In this document: positions 55,544 through 64,000 of the stretch, piece by piece
How the letters are laid out: every line of letters starts with the position of its first letter
How positions within the stretch are numbered: the stretch's first letter is position 1
Assembly (NCBI GenBank): GCA_002495185.1
Contig: DAEB01000040.1
Coordinates: 29,184 to 93,183 of the forward strand
Direction: 5' to 3'
Length of the DNA: 64,000 bases
Source: Thermoplasmata archaeon UBA184
GTDB lineage: Archaea; Thermoplasmatota; Thermoplasmata; Lutacidiplasmatales; UBA184
Translations under genes and position numbers: made by a program
The notes under the pieces: generated by a model
The model's database searches: none
The model's input: only the letters and a program-made list of their open reading frames with translations
Told to the model about the DNA's origin: nothing

Positions 55544-55774
55544 TCAGGAGGGATACGCTTTCGAGAGCCCGTACCACATGAACCACGCCCCGAGGGCCAT
55601 CAGGACCATGGCAATCCCGGTGAGGATGACCGAGATCCAAGCGGCGGAGATCAGCCCCTCGAAGAGCACGATTCCGAGGAGGACGCCTCCGAGGAAGAGG
55701 ACGACCAGGCCGAGGGCACCGATGAGAATCGCGTGGCTGTAGGGCAGCGCGACGTGCGGCCCCGGCACCGCCAT
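55544..55774 (-). CDS. hypothetical small membrane protein (2 TM)
   Basis: 76 aa, mostly hydrophobic (ILIGALGLVVLFLGGVLLGIVLF, ISVILTGIAMVLMALGAWFMWYG). Confidence 0.3.
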   Translation of the reverse strand: MAVPGPHVALPYSHAILIGALGLVVLFLGGVLLGIVLFEGLISAAWISVILTGIAMVLMALGAWFMWYGLSKAYPS

Positions 55775-55927
55775 GCCAGGTAGATTCGCGCTCCCTCCCT
55801 AAGAATGTGCGGACCTCCCCGAGGACGAGCCGGGGATGTATAACCCGCCCCGCGGCCGTCCGGCGGAACAAGGCGAAGCCGACCGCCCGGCCGCGGGGCC
55901 TGGTCCGTGCGCTCTCTCTCGATGGCC

Positions 55928-56395
55928 TCAGACGTAGAGGCCGTCGGTGTAGCAGTAGTAGCGCCCGTACTGGGCGATGTACGTGGTCGGCTTGCCACAC
56001 TTCGGGCAGAGCGGGGCGGCCGGGGCCGCGACGGGAGCCGGAGCGGGAGGGGGCGGGGCCTGAGCCATCGCCTCGGGTGCGGGGGCCGCCATCGGCGCCG
56101 GCGCGGGCGGGGCGTAGACCGCGGGGGCCGGGCGAGGTCGAGCCTGGAATTTGGGCCAGATCGAGTGCATCAGCCAGCCGCCGACCGCGAGGAGCAAGCC
56201 GAACGCGGTGATGATGAAGAAGCCCTCGAAGTCGCCCTGGTAGTTCGAGAGGTTTCCCTGGTTGGTGGCGGACGTGGGGAAATTGGTCATCGCCAGGTAG
56301 CCGAAGATGAACCCGATGAAGATCAGGAGTCCACCGATGCCGCAGACAATCTGGCCGATGTCAATCCAACTGGGAACCTTCGCCGGGCCTGCCAT
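55928..56395 (-). CDS. membrane protein with Pro/Ala-rich linker and C-terminal zinc-ribbon
   Basis: Two TM helices, PAPAVYAPPAPAPMAAPAPEAMAQAPPPPAPAP, then CPKCGKPTTYIAQYGRYYCYTDG. Confidence 0.45.
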   Translation of the reverse strand: MAGPAKVPSWIDIGQIVCGIGGLLIFIGFIFGYLAMTNFPTSATNQGNLSNYQGDFEGFFIITAFGLLLAVGGWLMHSIWPKFQARPRPAPAVYAPPAPAPMAAPAPEAMAQAPPPPAPAPVAAPAAPLCPKCGKPTTYIAQYGRYYCYTDGLYV

Positions 56396-56662
56396 GCGGC
56401 CCGCTACTGTCTTCACCTATAGGAACCTATTCCTGTCGGCCGAACCGTCCCGAGACCCGCCTTCGGTCGAAAGCCAACGGTCAGTCCGGGTCGGTTCACA
56501 CCATCACCCCTTCGCCTGCGCCGGGGGGGCCGAGGAGAAACGCCCCCGCGCTCGAGTGGAGGCGAAGGCCCTCGGCGAGCGCCGGGTAAGGACCTGGTAG
56601 CTCTTCGCGCCGGACGGCGCCGCGGACCAAGGGCTAATATTCGAGCGGGGTTCGGACGCACG

Positions 56663-57640
56663 GTGGCGGACCGAGTTGCCCTCGTCACGGGCGTTACCGG
56701 CCAGGACGGGTCGTACCTTGCGGAGTTCCTCCTGGGGAAGGGCTACCGCGTGTACGGGCTCATCCGACGGCTTTCGAGCCCGAACGTCACCCACATCTCG
56801 GGGTTCCGGGAGAAGATCGAGATCCTCGACGCGGACCTGATGGACCAGGTCTCCCTCAACGAGGCGATTCGTCGGTCGTCACCGGACGAAGTCTATAACC
56901 TCGCCTCGCAGTCGTTCGTCGGGGCCTCGTTCAGCCAGCCGGTGCTGACCGGCGAGGTGACGGGTCTCGGAGCTCTGCGCCTGCTCGAGGCGGTCCGGAC
57001 CCAGGCGCCTCATGCGCGGGTTTACCAGGCGTCCTCGAGCGAGATGTTCGGCCACGTCGACCGGGAGCCGCAGAACGAGCTGACGCCGTTCCATCCCCGG
57101 AGCCCGTACGGGGTGGCCAAGGTCTACGCCTTCTGGGCTTCCATCAACTACCGGGAGGCGTACTCGATGTTCATCAGCAACGGAATCCTCTTCAACCACG
57201 AGTCCCCGCGGCGGGGGCTCGAGTTCGTGACGCGCAAGATCTCGGACGGGGTGGCGCGGATCGCCCTCGGACAGGCCCAGTCGCTCTCGCTCGGGAACCT
57301 AGATGCGAAGCGGGATTGGGGCTATGCGCCGGAGTACGTCGACCTGATGTGGCGGACCCTCCAGCACCCGACCCCGGGGGAGTTCGTCGGGGCGACCGGG
57401 GAGTCGCACACCGTCCGAGAGTTCGTCGAAGAGGCGTTCCGGGTGGTTGGGATCGAGAACGGGATGTCGCACGTGACCTCGGAGGCGAAATTCCACCGAC
57501 CGTCCGAGGTCTACAACCTACGGGGAGACGCCTCCAAGGCCGCCCGGGAACTCGGGTGGGTTCCCAAGGTCAAATTCAAGGATCTCGTTCGGATCATGGT
57601 GCGCGCCGACCTTCAGCGGTTGAGCGGGCGAACCAACTGA
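56663..57640 (+). CDS. gmd: GDP-mannose 4,6-dehydratase
   Basis: ALVTGVTGQDGSYLAEFLLGKGYRVYGLIRR, SPYGVAKVY (YxxxK), ILFNHESPRRG, RDWGYAPEYV are Gmd hallmarks. Confidence 0.9.
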   Translation: MADRVALVTGVTGQDGSYLAEFLLGKGYRVYGLIRRLSSPNVTHISGFREKIEILDADLMDQVSLNEAIRRSSPDEVYNLASQSFVGASFSQPVLTGEVTGLGALRLLEAVRTQAPHARVYQASSSEMFGHVDREPQNELTPFHPRSPYGVAKVYAFWASINYREAYSMFISNGILFNHESPRRGLEFVTRKISDGVARIALGQAQSLSLGNLDAKRDWGYAPEYVDLMWRTLQHPTPGEFVGATGESHTVREFVEEAFRVVGIENGMSHVTSEAKFHRPSEVYNLRGDASKAARELGWVPKVKFKDLVRIMVRADLQRLSGRTN

Positions 57641-57938
57641 AGAGCTCGGTCGAGAGCTCCCGCCCCCGCCCCGGTGACCCGGGAACGGGTGCTGTCGGTC
57701 CATGGCCGATGCGGGTGAACCGGCCCTCCGTAGTACTTCGAAAACCGCCGAGTGAACATCCGTTCACCGAGCGCTCATTTAACGGACCAAGAGTCAGCGG
57801 TTGGGTCACCGATGTTCGCTGCGTCGGTGCCGGGCAGCCGGACGGACAGAAGGACGACGCGTCGAGCTCTCGAACGAGGGACGGCGAGACCTCGGCCATC
57901 CAGGTTCGACCATCTGCAAGACGAAGCGGGAGGGTAGC

Positions 57939-58616
57939 ATGCCGGAATCGGTCGTGGTCGGTGAGGAAGTCTGGAAAGTGTACGGGCAGGGAGAGACTCA
58001 GGTCCCGGCGCTCCGGGGCATCAATGTCGACATTCGCCGAGGCGAAATGGTGGCCGTGATGGGCCCTTCCGGATGCGGGAAGACGACCTTCCTCAACTGC
58101 TTCAGCGGACTCGACGACATCACCCGCGGGAAGGTGACGCTCGAGGGGACGGACATCCATGCCATGTCCGACCGTCTGAAGACCGAGTACCGAGCCCGCC
58201 GGGCCGGGTTCGTGTTCCAGTCGTACAACCTGCTCACGATCCTGACCGCGGCCGAGAACGTCGAGATGCCGCTTCTCGCGTCCGGGGTCCGGGCGCGAGA
58301 GGCCCGGCCGCGGTCGGTCGAGATGCTCCGGGAGCTGGGGCTCGGAGACCGGGTCAACCACCGACCCTCGGAGCTCTCGGGGGGGCAGCAGCAGCGAGTG
58401 GCGCTCGCCCGGGCCCTCGTGTGCCGGCCCGCGATCGTGTGGGCGGACGAGCCCACCGGGAACCTCGATGAGGAGGGCTCTCGCCAGGTGACGAGCCTCC
58501 TCCGGCAGCTCAACCGCGACTTCCAGCAGACGATGGTGGTCGTGACGCACGACCCGGACGTGGCCGCGGCGTGCGACCGCACCCTCCGGATGCGCGACGG
58601 ACGCTTCGTCACCTAG
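57939..58616 (+). CDS. ABC transporter ATP-binding protein (MacB/LolD-type)
   Basis: Walker A GPSGCGKTT, signature LSGGQQQRVALARAL, Walker B IVWADEPTGNLD. Start set at MPESVVVG (57939). Confidence 0.9.
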   Translation: MPESVVVGEEVWKVYGQGETQVPALRGINVDIRRGEMVAVMGPSGCGKTTFLNCFSGLDDITRGKVTLEGTDIHAMSDRLKTEYRARRAGFVFQSYNLLTILTAAENVEMPLLASGVRAREARPRSVEMLRELGLGDRVNHRPSELSGGQQQRVALARALVCRPAIVWADEPTGNLDEEGSRQVTSLLRQLNRDFQQTMVVVTHDPDVAAACDRTLRMRDGRFVT

Positions 58617-58628
58617 AAGGATAGGCCC

Positions 58629-61574
58629 GTGACCGACCCCATCGTCCTCTTCGCCGCCACCACCCTCGGCGCGGTTGGCGCCGTCTCGGCGTACCTGGCG
58701 GTCCGGAACCGACTCTCGCTGCGGATCGCGCTGCGGAACATCGTGCGAGCGCGAGGTCGCTCCGTTCTCGTGATCCTAGGCCTCCTCGTGGCGACCGCGA
58801 TCGTGTCGGGGAGCCTCGTGGTGGGGGACACCGTGCACACCGCGACGGTGCACTACTCCTACATTGGGTGGGGGTACACGGACGAGGCGATCTACGGCAC
58901 CTCCTCCTCGGGCGGCTATCTCTACTTCTCCTCGATCGTGGCGAACTCGGTCGTCACCGCCTCCGCGAACGACTCCCGGATCGACGGAGTGAGTCCCGAA
59001 ATCGTCGGCACGGTCCAGGCGTTCGACAACACGACCGGCATCCCTCAGACCAATCTCTACCTGGTCGGCAGCAACGCCTCGCAGAGCGCGGCGCTCGGGC
59101 CGTTCACCTCCGTATCGGGCGGGAATCCGGGGTCCCCGGCCCCGGGAAGCATCTTCCTCGACAAGCTCGCGGCCCAGGACCTGAGCGCCTCGGTCGGCGA
59201 TTCCGTGCTCCTCTACGGGAAGTTCGCGGCCCCCGAGAAGGTCGGGGCGATCGTCCAGGACGACATTCGCGGAGGGTTCCTCACCGCCGGGGTGAGCGGG
59301 GGCAGCGTGTTCGTCGACCTCGCGACCGCGCAGGCCCTCCAAGGGACGCCGCAGGAAGTGAACTTCATCGCCGTCACGAACGCGGGCTCCCAGGAGAGCG
59401 GAGTCGGCCTCTCTTCCGCGGTGAGCGCGAGCCTCACCGCCGCTCTCGCGACGATCCCCGGGACCTCGGCGCTCTCCGTCCACCAGGTCCTGAGCGATTC
59501 CCTCGCGACGGCCCAGTCGGCGAGCACGAGCCTCACGACGATCTTCCTCGTGTTCGGCCTCTTCTCGATCATCGCGGGAGCGATGCTGATCATCGGGATC
59601 TTCACGATGATCGCCGAGGAGAGGAAGGGCGAGATGGGGATGCTGCGCGCCGTGGGGATCCAGCGGCGCACCCTCGTACTGGCGTACTATTTCGAGGGTC
59701 TCGTCTACTCGGCGGGCAGCGCCCTCGCCGGCACCTTCGCGGGGGTCGCCGCCGGATACATCCTCCTCTGGTTCTACGTCCACACGGTCCCGACCCCGGG
59801 GTTCGACGTCAACGTCCTCGGGGCGTCGTTCACGTTCAGCTCGAGCTCGCTCATCACGAGCTATCTCGTCGGCTTCCTGCTCACCCTCGCGACCGTGGTC
59901 GTCGCGAGCGTCCGGGTGAGCCGTCTCAACATCGTTCGGGCGATCCGGGACGTTCCGGAACCGCTGCCGCCCCTTCGGACCTACACGTACCTCGCCTACC
60001 TCGGGGGGGTCTCGCTGGCCGTCGGGGCCCTATTGTTCCTGACCACGTTCCGAGGATCGTCGGACATCTCCTATCCCGTGATCGGAGGTGCTCTCGTCAT
60101 TCTCGGCGCGGGGTTGGTCGCGTCCCGGTTCTGGAAGAACCGAACCGTCTTCACGTCGGTCGGCGCCGGCCTCCTCCTCTGGGCCGGGGTCGAGCCGCTC
60201 CATGATTGGGTGCTCGGAACCGGTCACTCCGGAGGGATCTTCTTCGTCTTCGTCGACGGCGTGATGCTCGTCGCCGGCGCCCTGATGATCGTCGCCTTCA
60301 ACGGGGTCGACCTCGCCCGGAGCGTCGAGCGGTTGGCCGCCGGCCGGAAGGGGGCAACGCCGGTGACCCGCATCGGCCTCGCCTACCCGAGTCGAAGAGC
60401 GGCCCGGACGTCCATCAGTCTCACGATCTTCGCGCTCGTCCTGTTCACGATCATCCTGCTGGCGGTGTACAGCGCGACGCTCACCGGCAACCTCAACAAC
60501 TCAGTCACCAGCCAATCGGGAGGGTACACCTTCCTCGGGATCTCGTCCCAGCCGATCCCGGACCTCCCGTCGAAGGTCGCCACCAACTCGACCCTCTCGG
60601 CCCTGTACTCCGGAGTGGTGCCGGTGACGACCGGGCTCGCGTTCGTCTCCGTGCAAGGCTTCTCCGCGAACCCGTACCACGACAACCTGTTCTCCGCTCC
60701 GGTGAATACCACGGCGGAGACGAGCTTCTACGCGACGAACCAGTTCACCTTCCAGTCGACCGACCACGGGATGAGCGCCTCCGCAGTGATGGCGGAGCTC
60801 CAGTCGAACCGCTCGGTCGCGGTCGTCGACGGAGGGTACGCCGGCGGGAGCGGGTTCGGGCAGGCGGGCCCCCACCCGAGCGTCGCTCCGGGGGACATGA
60901 TCGAGGTCGAGAACCCTGGGACCCTGGCCGCGCAGAACGTCACGGTCATCGGCGTCCTCGAGGAGTCGATCGTCGGCGGGGTGTGGCTCAACCCCTCCAC
61001 GGCCGCCTCGCTCGGCTACCTGACGCTCAACGGCTACTTCCTGACGGTCCACCCGGGAGTCTCGTCGACCCTGGCCGCCCAGAAGATCAAGTCCGCCTTC
61101 TACCAGTACGGGCTCGTCCTGGTCGACTTCCGGGCGATCCTCGCGCAAACGACCGCCATCATCTCGGGCGACATCGGGCTGCTCGAGGTGTTCATCGCCC
61201 TCGGTCTGGCCGTCGGGATCGCCGCCCTCGGGATCCTCGCGCTGCGCGCGGTCACCGAGCGTCGCCACGAGATCGGGACCCTGCGCGCGACCGGGCTCAC
61301 CCGACCGATGATCATCAAGGCGTTCCTCGTGGAGTACTCCTTCATCACCATCGTCGGGGCGCTCGTCGGAGGGTTGCTCGGCCTTCTCGTGGTCTACAAC
61401 TTCACGATCAGTCCCGGCTCGTCCGCCGCCTACGCGGCCACGCTGTTCGTCCCGTGGTGGAATCTTCTGGCGGTGATCCTGGTGACGGGCCTTCTCGCGA
61501 CGCTCGCCGTGATCGGCCCGTCCCTCCGGGCGGCTCGGCTTCCGCCCGCGGAGGCGATCCGGGGGGTCGAGTGA
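58629..61574 (+). CDS. ABC transporter permease with two FtsX-like 4-TM modules and two large extracytoplasmic domains (MacB-type, 981 aa)
   Basis: GTG start 13 nt after the ATPase stop. N-terminal TM, ~280-aa loop, 3 TM (LTTIFLVFGLFSIIAGAMLIIGIF...), then a second TM/large-loop/3-TM set (LLEVFIALGLAVGIAALGILAL...). The antisense ORFs 58776..59783 and 60501..61592 were rejected. Confidence 0.85.
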   Translation: MTDPIVLFAATTLGAVGAVSAYLAVRNRLSLRIALRNIVRARGRSVLVILGLLVATAIVSGSLVVGDTVHTATVHYSYIGWGYTDEAIYGTSSSGGYLYFSSIVANSVVTASANDSRIDGVSPEIVGTVQAFDNTTGIPQTNLYLVGSNASQSAALGPFTSVSGGNPGSPAPGSIFLDKLAAQDLSASVGDSVLLYGKFAAPEKVGAIVQDDIRGGFLTAGVSGGSVFVDLATAQALQGTPQEVNFIAVTNAGSQESGVGLSSAVSASLTAALATIPGTSALSVHQVLSDSLATAQSASTSLTTIFLVFGLFSIIAGAMLIIGIFTMIAEERKGEMGMLRAVGIQRRTLVLAYYFEGLVYSAGSALAGTFAGVAAGYILLWFYVHTVPTPGFDVNVLGASFTFSSSSLITSYLVGFLLTLATVVVASVRVSRLNIVRAIRDVPEPLPPLRTYTYLAYLGGVSLAVGALLFLTTFRGSSDISYPVIGGALVILGAGLVASRFWKNRTVFTSVGAGLLLWAGVEPLHDWVLGTGHSGGIFFVFVDGVMLVAGALMIVAFNGVDLARSVERLAAGRKGATPVTRIGLAYPSRRAARTSISLTIFALVLFTIILLAVYSATLTGNLNNSVTSQSGGYTFLGISSQPIPDLPSKVATNSTLSALYSGVVPVTTGLAFVSVQGFSANPYHDNLFSAPVNTTAETSFYATNQFTFQSTDHGMSASAVMAELQSNRSVAVVDGGYAGGSGFGQAGPHPSVAPGDMIEVENPGTLAAQNVTVIGVLEESIVGGVWLNPSTAASLGYLTLNGYFLTVHPGVSSTLAAQKIKSAFYQYGLVLVDFRAILAQTTAIISGDIGLLEVFIALGLAVGIAALGILALRAVTERRHEIGTLRATGLTRPMIIKAFLVEYSFITIVGALVGGLLGLLVVYNFTISPGSSAAYAATLFVPWWNLLAVILVTGLLATLAVIGPSLRAARLPPAEAIRGVE

Positions 61575-61635
61575 CCCCCTCCCGTCGGCCAAGGTAGATG
61601 AGCCTCCGCCAGCTGCGCTCCGCCGGTGTCCCTTC

Positions 61636-62943
61636 TTGTCGAGCTCCCCGGGGGCGCAGGATCGTCCGTCCGCTCCCCCCGAGGAACGGGAGGAGGCGCT
61701 GCCGAGCGCTGCAGCTCCCGGTCGGCCGAGCTACACCCGCACGCTTCGGAACCGCCCGTTCTTCCTCGTCTGGCTGGCCCAGCTGATCTCCCAGTCGGGC
61801 GACTACATCTTTGACGTCGCGCTCCTCTGGTTCGTTCTCCAGGAGACCCATTCGGCGTTCGCGGTGGCGGTGGTCGTCACCGGAGCGATCCTCCCGAGCG
61901 TGCTCCTGGGTCCGTTCCTCGGGGTCTACGTCGACCGATGGGACCGGCGAAAGACCCTCGTCGCGACGAACATCGGCCAGGGGGTCGTGGTCGCCGCGCT
62001 CTCGGTCGTCGTGGCGCTCGGGCACGCGAGCCTGCCGGTCGTGTTCGTCGTCGTCCTGCTCCTCGGGGTCGGATTCACGATCGTCCGGGCCGCGACCAGC
62101 GCGTACGTCCCCTCGGTCGTCCCGCCGGACGACCTTCCCCCGGCGAACGGGCTCCTCTCGCTGAGCGGCTCCCTGAACCAGGTCGTCGGACTCGGGATCG
62201 GCGGCGCCTTCGTGGCGCTGCTCGGTGTGACATTGCCCATCGAGTACGACGCGATCTCGTTCTTCGCGGCCGCGGTCCTTCTCGTTCTCATCCCGCGGAT
62301 CCGCCCGACCGCCGCCTCCGCCCCGGTCGCTCCGACGACCTTCCGGGAGGAGTTCGTCGAAGGGTTCGCGTTCATCCGGAAGAACCGGTTCCTGCTCGAG
62401 ATCATCGCGATCGGGGTCCTGGTCAACTTCTTCGGGAACGGGCTCTCCGCCCTCTTCGCTCCCTACACGCAGTTCGTCCTGCACGCCGGGGTCGTCGTCT
62501 ACGGCCTCCTCGGCGCGATCCTCGCGGTGGGGTCGTTGGTCGGCGCCGGCATCATGGGGAAGGTCAACATGCACACGACGGCGGGAAAGTACCTCTTCGC
62601 GGGCGGCATCACCCTTGGCCCCCTCCTCCTCGCGCTCGGCCTGACCACGAGCATCCCGGTCGCCTTCGTGGTGATGGCCCTCTTCGGGGTGGCTCTCGCG
62701 GTCACGAACCTGCCGATCTCGGTCGCCATGCAGGCGAAGATCCCCGGCCGTCTCCTCGGCCGGGTGAGCGCCACGTTCGGGGCTCTCGTCACCGCGACGA
62801 GTCCCGCGGGTCCGCTCTTCGCCGGCTGGTTCGCCCAGACCTGGTCCGTCGCGGCGTTCTTCGTCCTCTCGGGGATTGTGATGACCGTTGTGATCGGGGT
62901 CGGTGCGCTGACGATGCGTTCGTTGCGAACGCTCCAGTACTAG
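61636..62943 (+). CDS. MFS transporter
   Basis: 12 predicted TM helices. NRPFFLVWLAQLISQSGDYIFDVALLWFVL is a typical MFS N-terminus. The antisense ORF 61408..63288 is a DRE-rich artefact. Confidence 0.8.
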   Translation: MSSSPGAQDRPSAPPEEREEALPSAAAPGRPSYTRTLRNRPFFLVWLAQLISQSGDYIFDVALLWFVLQETHSAFAVAVVVTGAILPSVLLGPFLGVYVDRWDRRKTLVATNIGQGVVVAALSVVVALGHASLPVVFVVVLLLGVGFTIVRAATSAYVPSVVPPDDLPPANGLLSLSGSLNQVVGLGIGGAFVALLGVTLPIEYDAISFFAAAVLLVLIPRIRPTAASAPVAPTTFREEFVEGFAFIRKNRFLLEIIAIGVLVNFFGNGLSALFAPYTQFVLHAGVVVYGLLGAILAVGSLVGAGIMGKVNMHTTAGKYLFAGGITLGPLLLALGLTTSIPVAFVVMALFGVALAVTNLPISVAMQAKIPGRLLGRVSATFGALVTATSPAGPLFAGWFAQTWSVAAFFVLSGIVMTVVIGVGALTMRSLRTLQY

Positions 62944-63003
62944 CGAGCGCGGCTCCCCCGCGGGCGCAAGCTCCAAGTCCGCTCTCGCCTCCCTCGACGC
63001 TCG

Positions 63004-63948
63004 ATGAGGAGCGAGAGTCCCGGGTCCCGACGCGCCCTCGTCGCGGGCGCGGCGGGGTATCTCGGCGGGTCGGTCGTCCGTGCGCTGACGGCGGCCGGCT
63101 GGGAGGTCCGGGGACTCGTCCGGCGCCCCGAATCGAGCGCTCGGGTCGAGGAGGCGGGAGGGGTCGCGGTCGTCGGGAGCATCCTCGACTCGCACTCGGT
63201 TGACGCGGCGCTCCGAGGATGCGAGCTCGCGGTCCACGTCGCGGCATCGGGTTCCGCGAGTCCGGAAGACCCCCGCCGGGCCGAACACGTCCGGGTCGGT
63301 GGCTGCCGGATTCTGCTCCGAGGAGCCCGGACGCAGGGGGTTCGCCGGGTGGTCGTGGGCTCGGGGTACTGGGTCTATGCCGACCAGCCCGGCACGATCA
63401 CCGAGGAGTCCGAGGTCGACCCCCGCGGCGAGTCGTTCGTGAACTGGATGACGGAGCGGGTGGCGCTCGACCCGGGGTTCCGCGGAACCGTCGAGACCCT
63501 CGTCGTGCGCCCCGGGATGGTCTACGGGGACGGCTCATGGTTCCGGCCCCTCGTCGAGTCGATCCGGGACGGGAGCTACCGGTACATCGACGGCGGCTCG
63601 AACGCCTGGTCGTTCGTTTCCCTCGAGGACGCCGGGACCGCTTTCGCGCACGTTGCCGAGGTCGGTGCCCCGGGCGAGGTGTACAACCTCGTGGACGGTC
63701 GCCCCGCCCCCTGGAGGGAGTTCGGGGATTTCGTCGCCGGCCGGATCGCGCGACCCTCTCCGCCGTCGATCTCGATGAGCGAAGCGTCGGCGGGCTACGG
63801 AGGGGACGTGGCGCACCATCTCCACGCGCGCCGGGCCTGCTCGTCCGCCAAGATCGCGCGGCTCGGGTGGACCCCCCGGTCCTCCGACTTCCGCGAGGGA
63901 CTCTCCGAACTCCTCGCGAAGATGGCCGGGGTTCCGCCCCCCGGGTGA
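63004..63948 (+). CDS. NAD(P)-dependent epimerase/dehydratase-family SDR
   Basis: ALVAGAAGYLGGSVVRAL Rossmann motif. Atypical SDR overall; the catalytic YxxxK is not clearly identified. Confidence 0.65.
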   Translation: MRSESPGSRRALVAGAAGYLGGSVVRALTAAGWEVRGLVRRPESSARVEEAGGVAVVGSILDSHSVDAALRGCELAVHVAASGSASPEDPRRAEHVRVGGCRILLRGARTQGVRRVVVGSGYWVYADQPGTITEESEVDPRGESFVNWMTERVALDPGFRGTVETLVVRPGMVYGDGSWFRPLVESIRDGSYRYIDGGSNAWSFVSLEDAGTAFAHVAEVGAPGEVYNLVDGRPAPWREFGDFVAGRIARPSPPSISMSEASAGYGGDVAHHLHARRACSSAKIARLGWTPRSSDFREGLSELLAKMAGVPPPG

Positions 63949-64000
63949 CCGATGCCGCCCGCGGAACTCTATCGGGTCGACCCGAACCGTGACGCGGAGC

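Noticed and set aside
57594-58550. 318-aa minus-strand ORF antisense to Gmd/ABC ATPase
   Set aside because: Walker A/B and ABC signature motifs on the + strand are unambiguous.
60501-63288. Minus-strand ORFs 60501..61592 (363 aa) and 61408..63288 (626 aa) antisense to the permease and MFS genes
   Set aside because: D/R/E/G/H low-complexity translations. The + strand gives FtsX and 12-TM MFS topologies.
1-64000. Search for tRNA/rRNA genes and CRISPR arrays
   Set aside because: No GTTCRAWYC T-loop in a cloverleaf-compatible context, no rRNA-like conserved blocks, and no regularly spaced direct repeats of 24-40 bp were seen. A tRNA scan would still be advisable over 34034..34495 and 38238..38749.

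Overview
High-GC window (most genes ~65-70% GC by eye, with a clearly lower-GC block at ~38.6-49.2 kb), densely coding on both strands. No rRNA, tRNA or CRISPR array was recognised. The gene content looks archaeal (Thermoplasmatota-like is the best guess, not provable here): PKD-repeat, thermopsin-like and FG-GAP surface proteins, a long-form RmlA, Dol-P-sugar-synthase-like GT2 enzymes, a TATA-like box ~27 bp before a start codon, and AbrB- and RHH-type VapB antitoxins. The dominant theme is cell-surface glycosylation. Three modules each pair a GT2 glycosyltransferase with a very large polytopic membrane protein; two of the membrane proteins are clear paralogs of each other. Also present are GT4 glycosyltransferases, a dTDP-4-amino-4,6-dideoxyhexose branch (RmlA, DegT-family aminotransferase, RmlB) plus an ATP-grasp/HAD fusion, GDP-mannose 4,6-dehydratase and a reductase-like SDR, a class I SAM methyltransferase, and two paralogous sulfatase-like proteins whose active-site motif is T-x-P-x-H rather than C/S-x-P-x-R. 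A lineage-specific family of three secreted paralogs and several sequon-rich surface proteins are the likely substrates. The rest is a defence and addiction complement (an AbiEi/AbiEii type IV TA pair with a perfect palindrome in its promoter, and four VapBC-like pairs), plus housekeeping: OsmC, DsbA-like, aldo/keto reductase, S9 peptidase, MscS, a MacB-type ABC exporter, MFS and SDRs. Many long antisense ORFs in the supplied track are GC-driven artefacts and were rejected.
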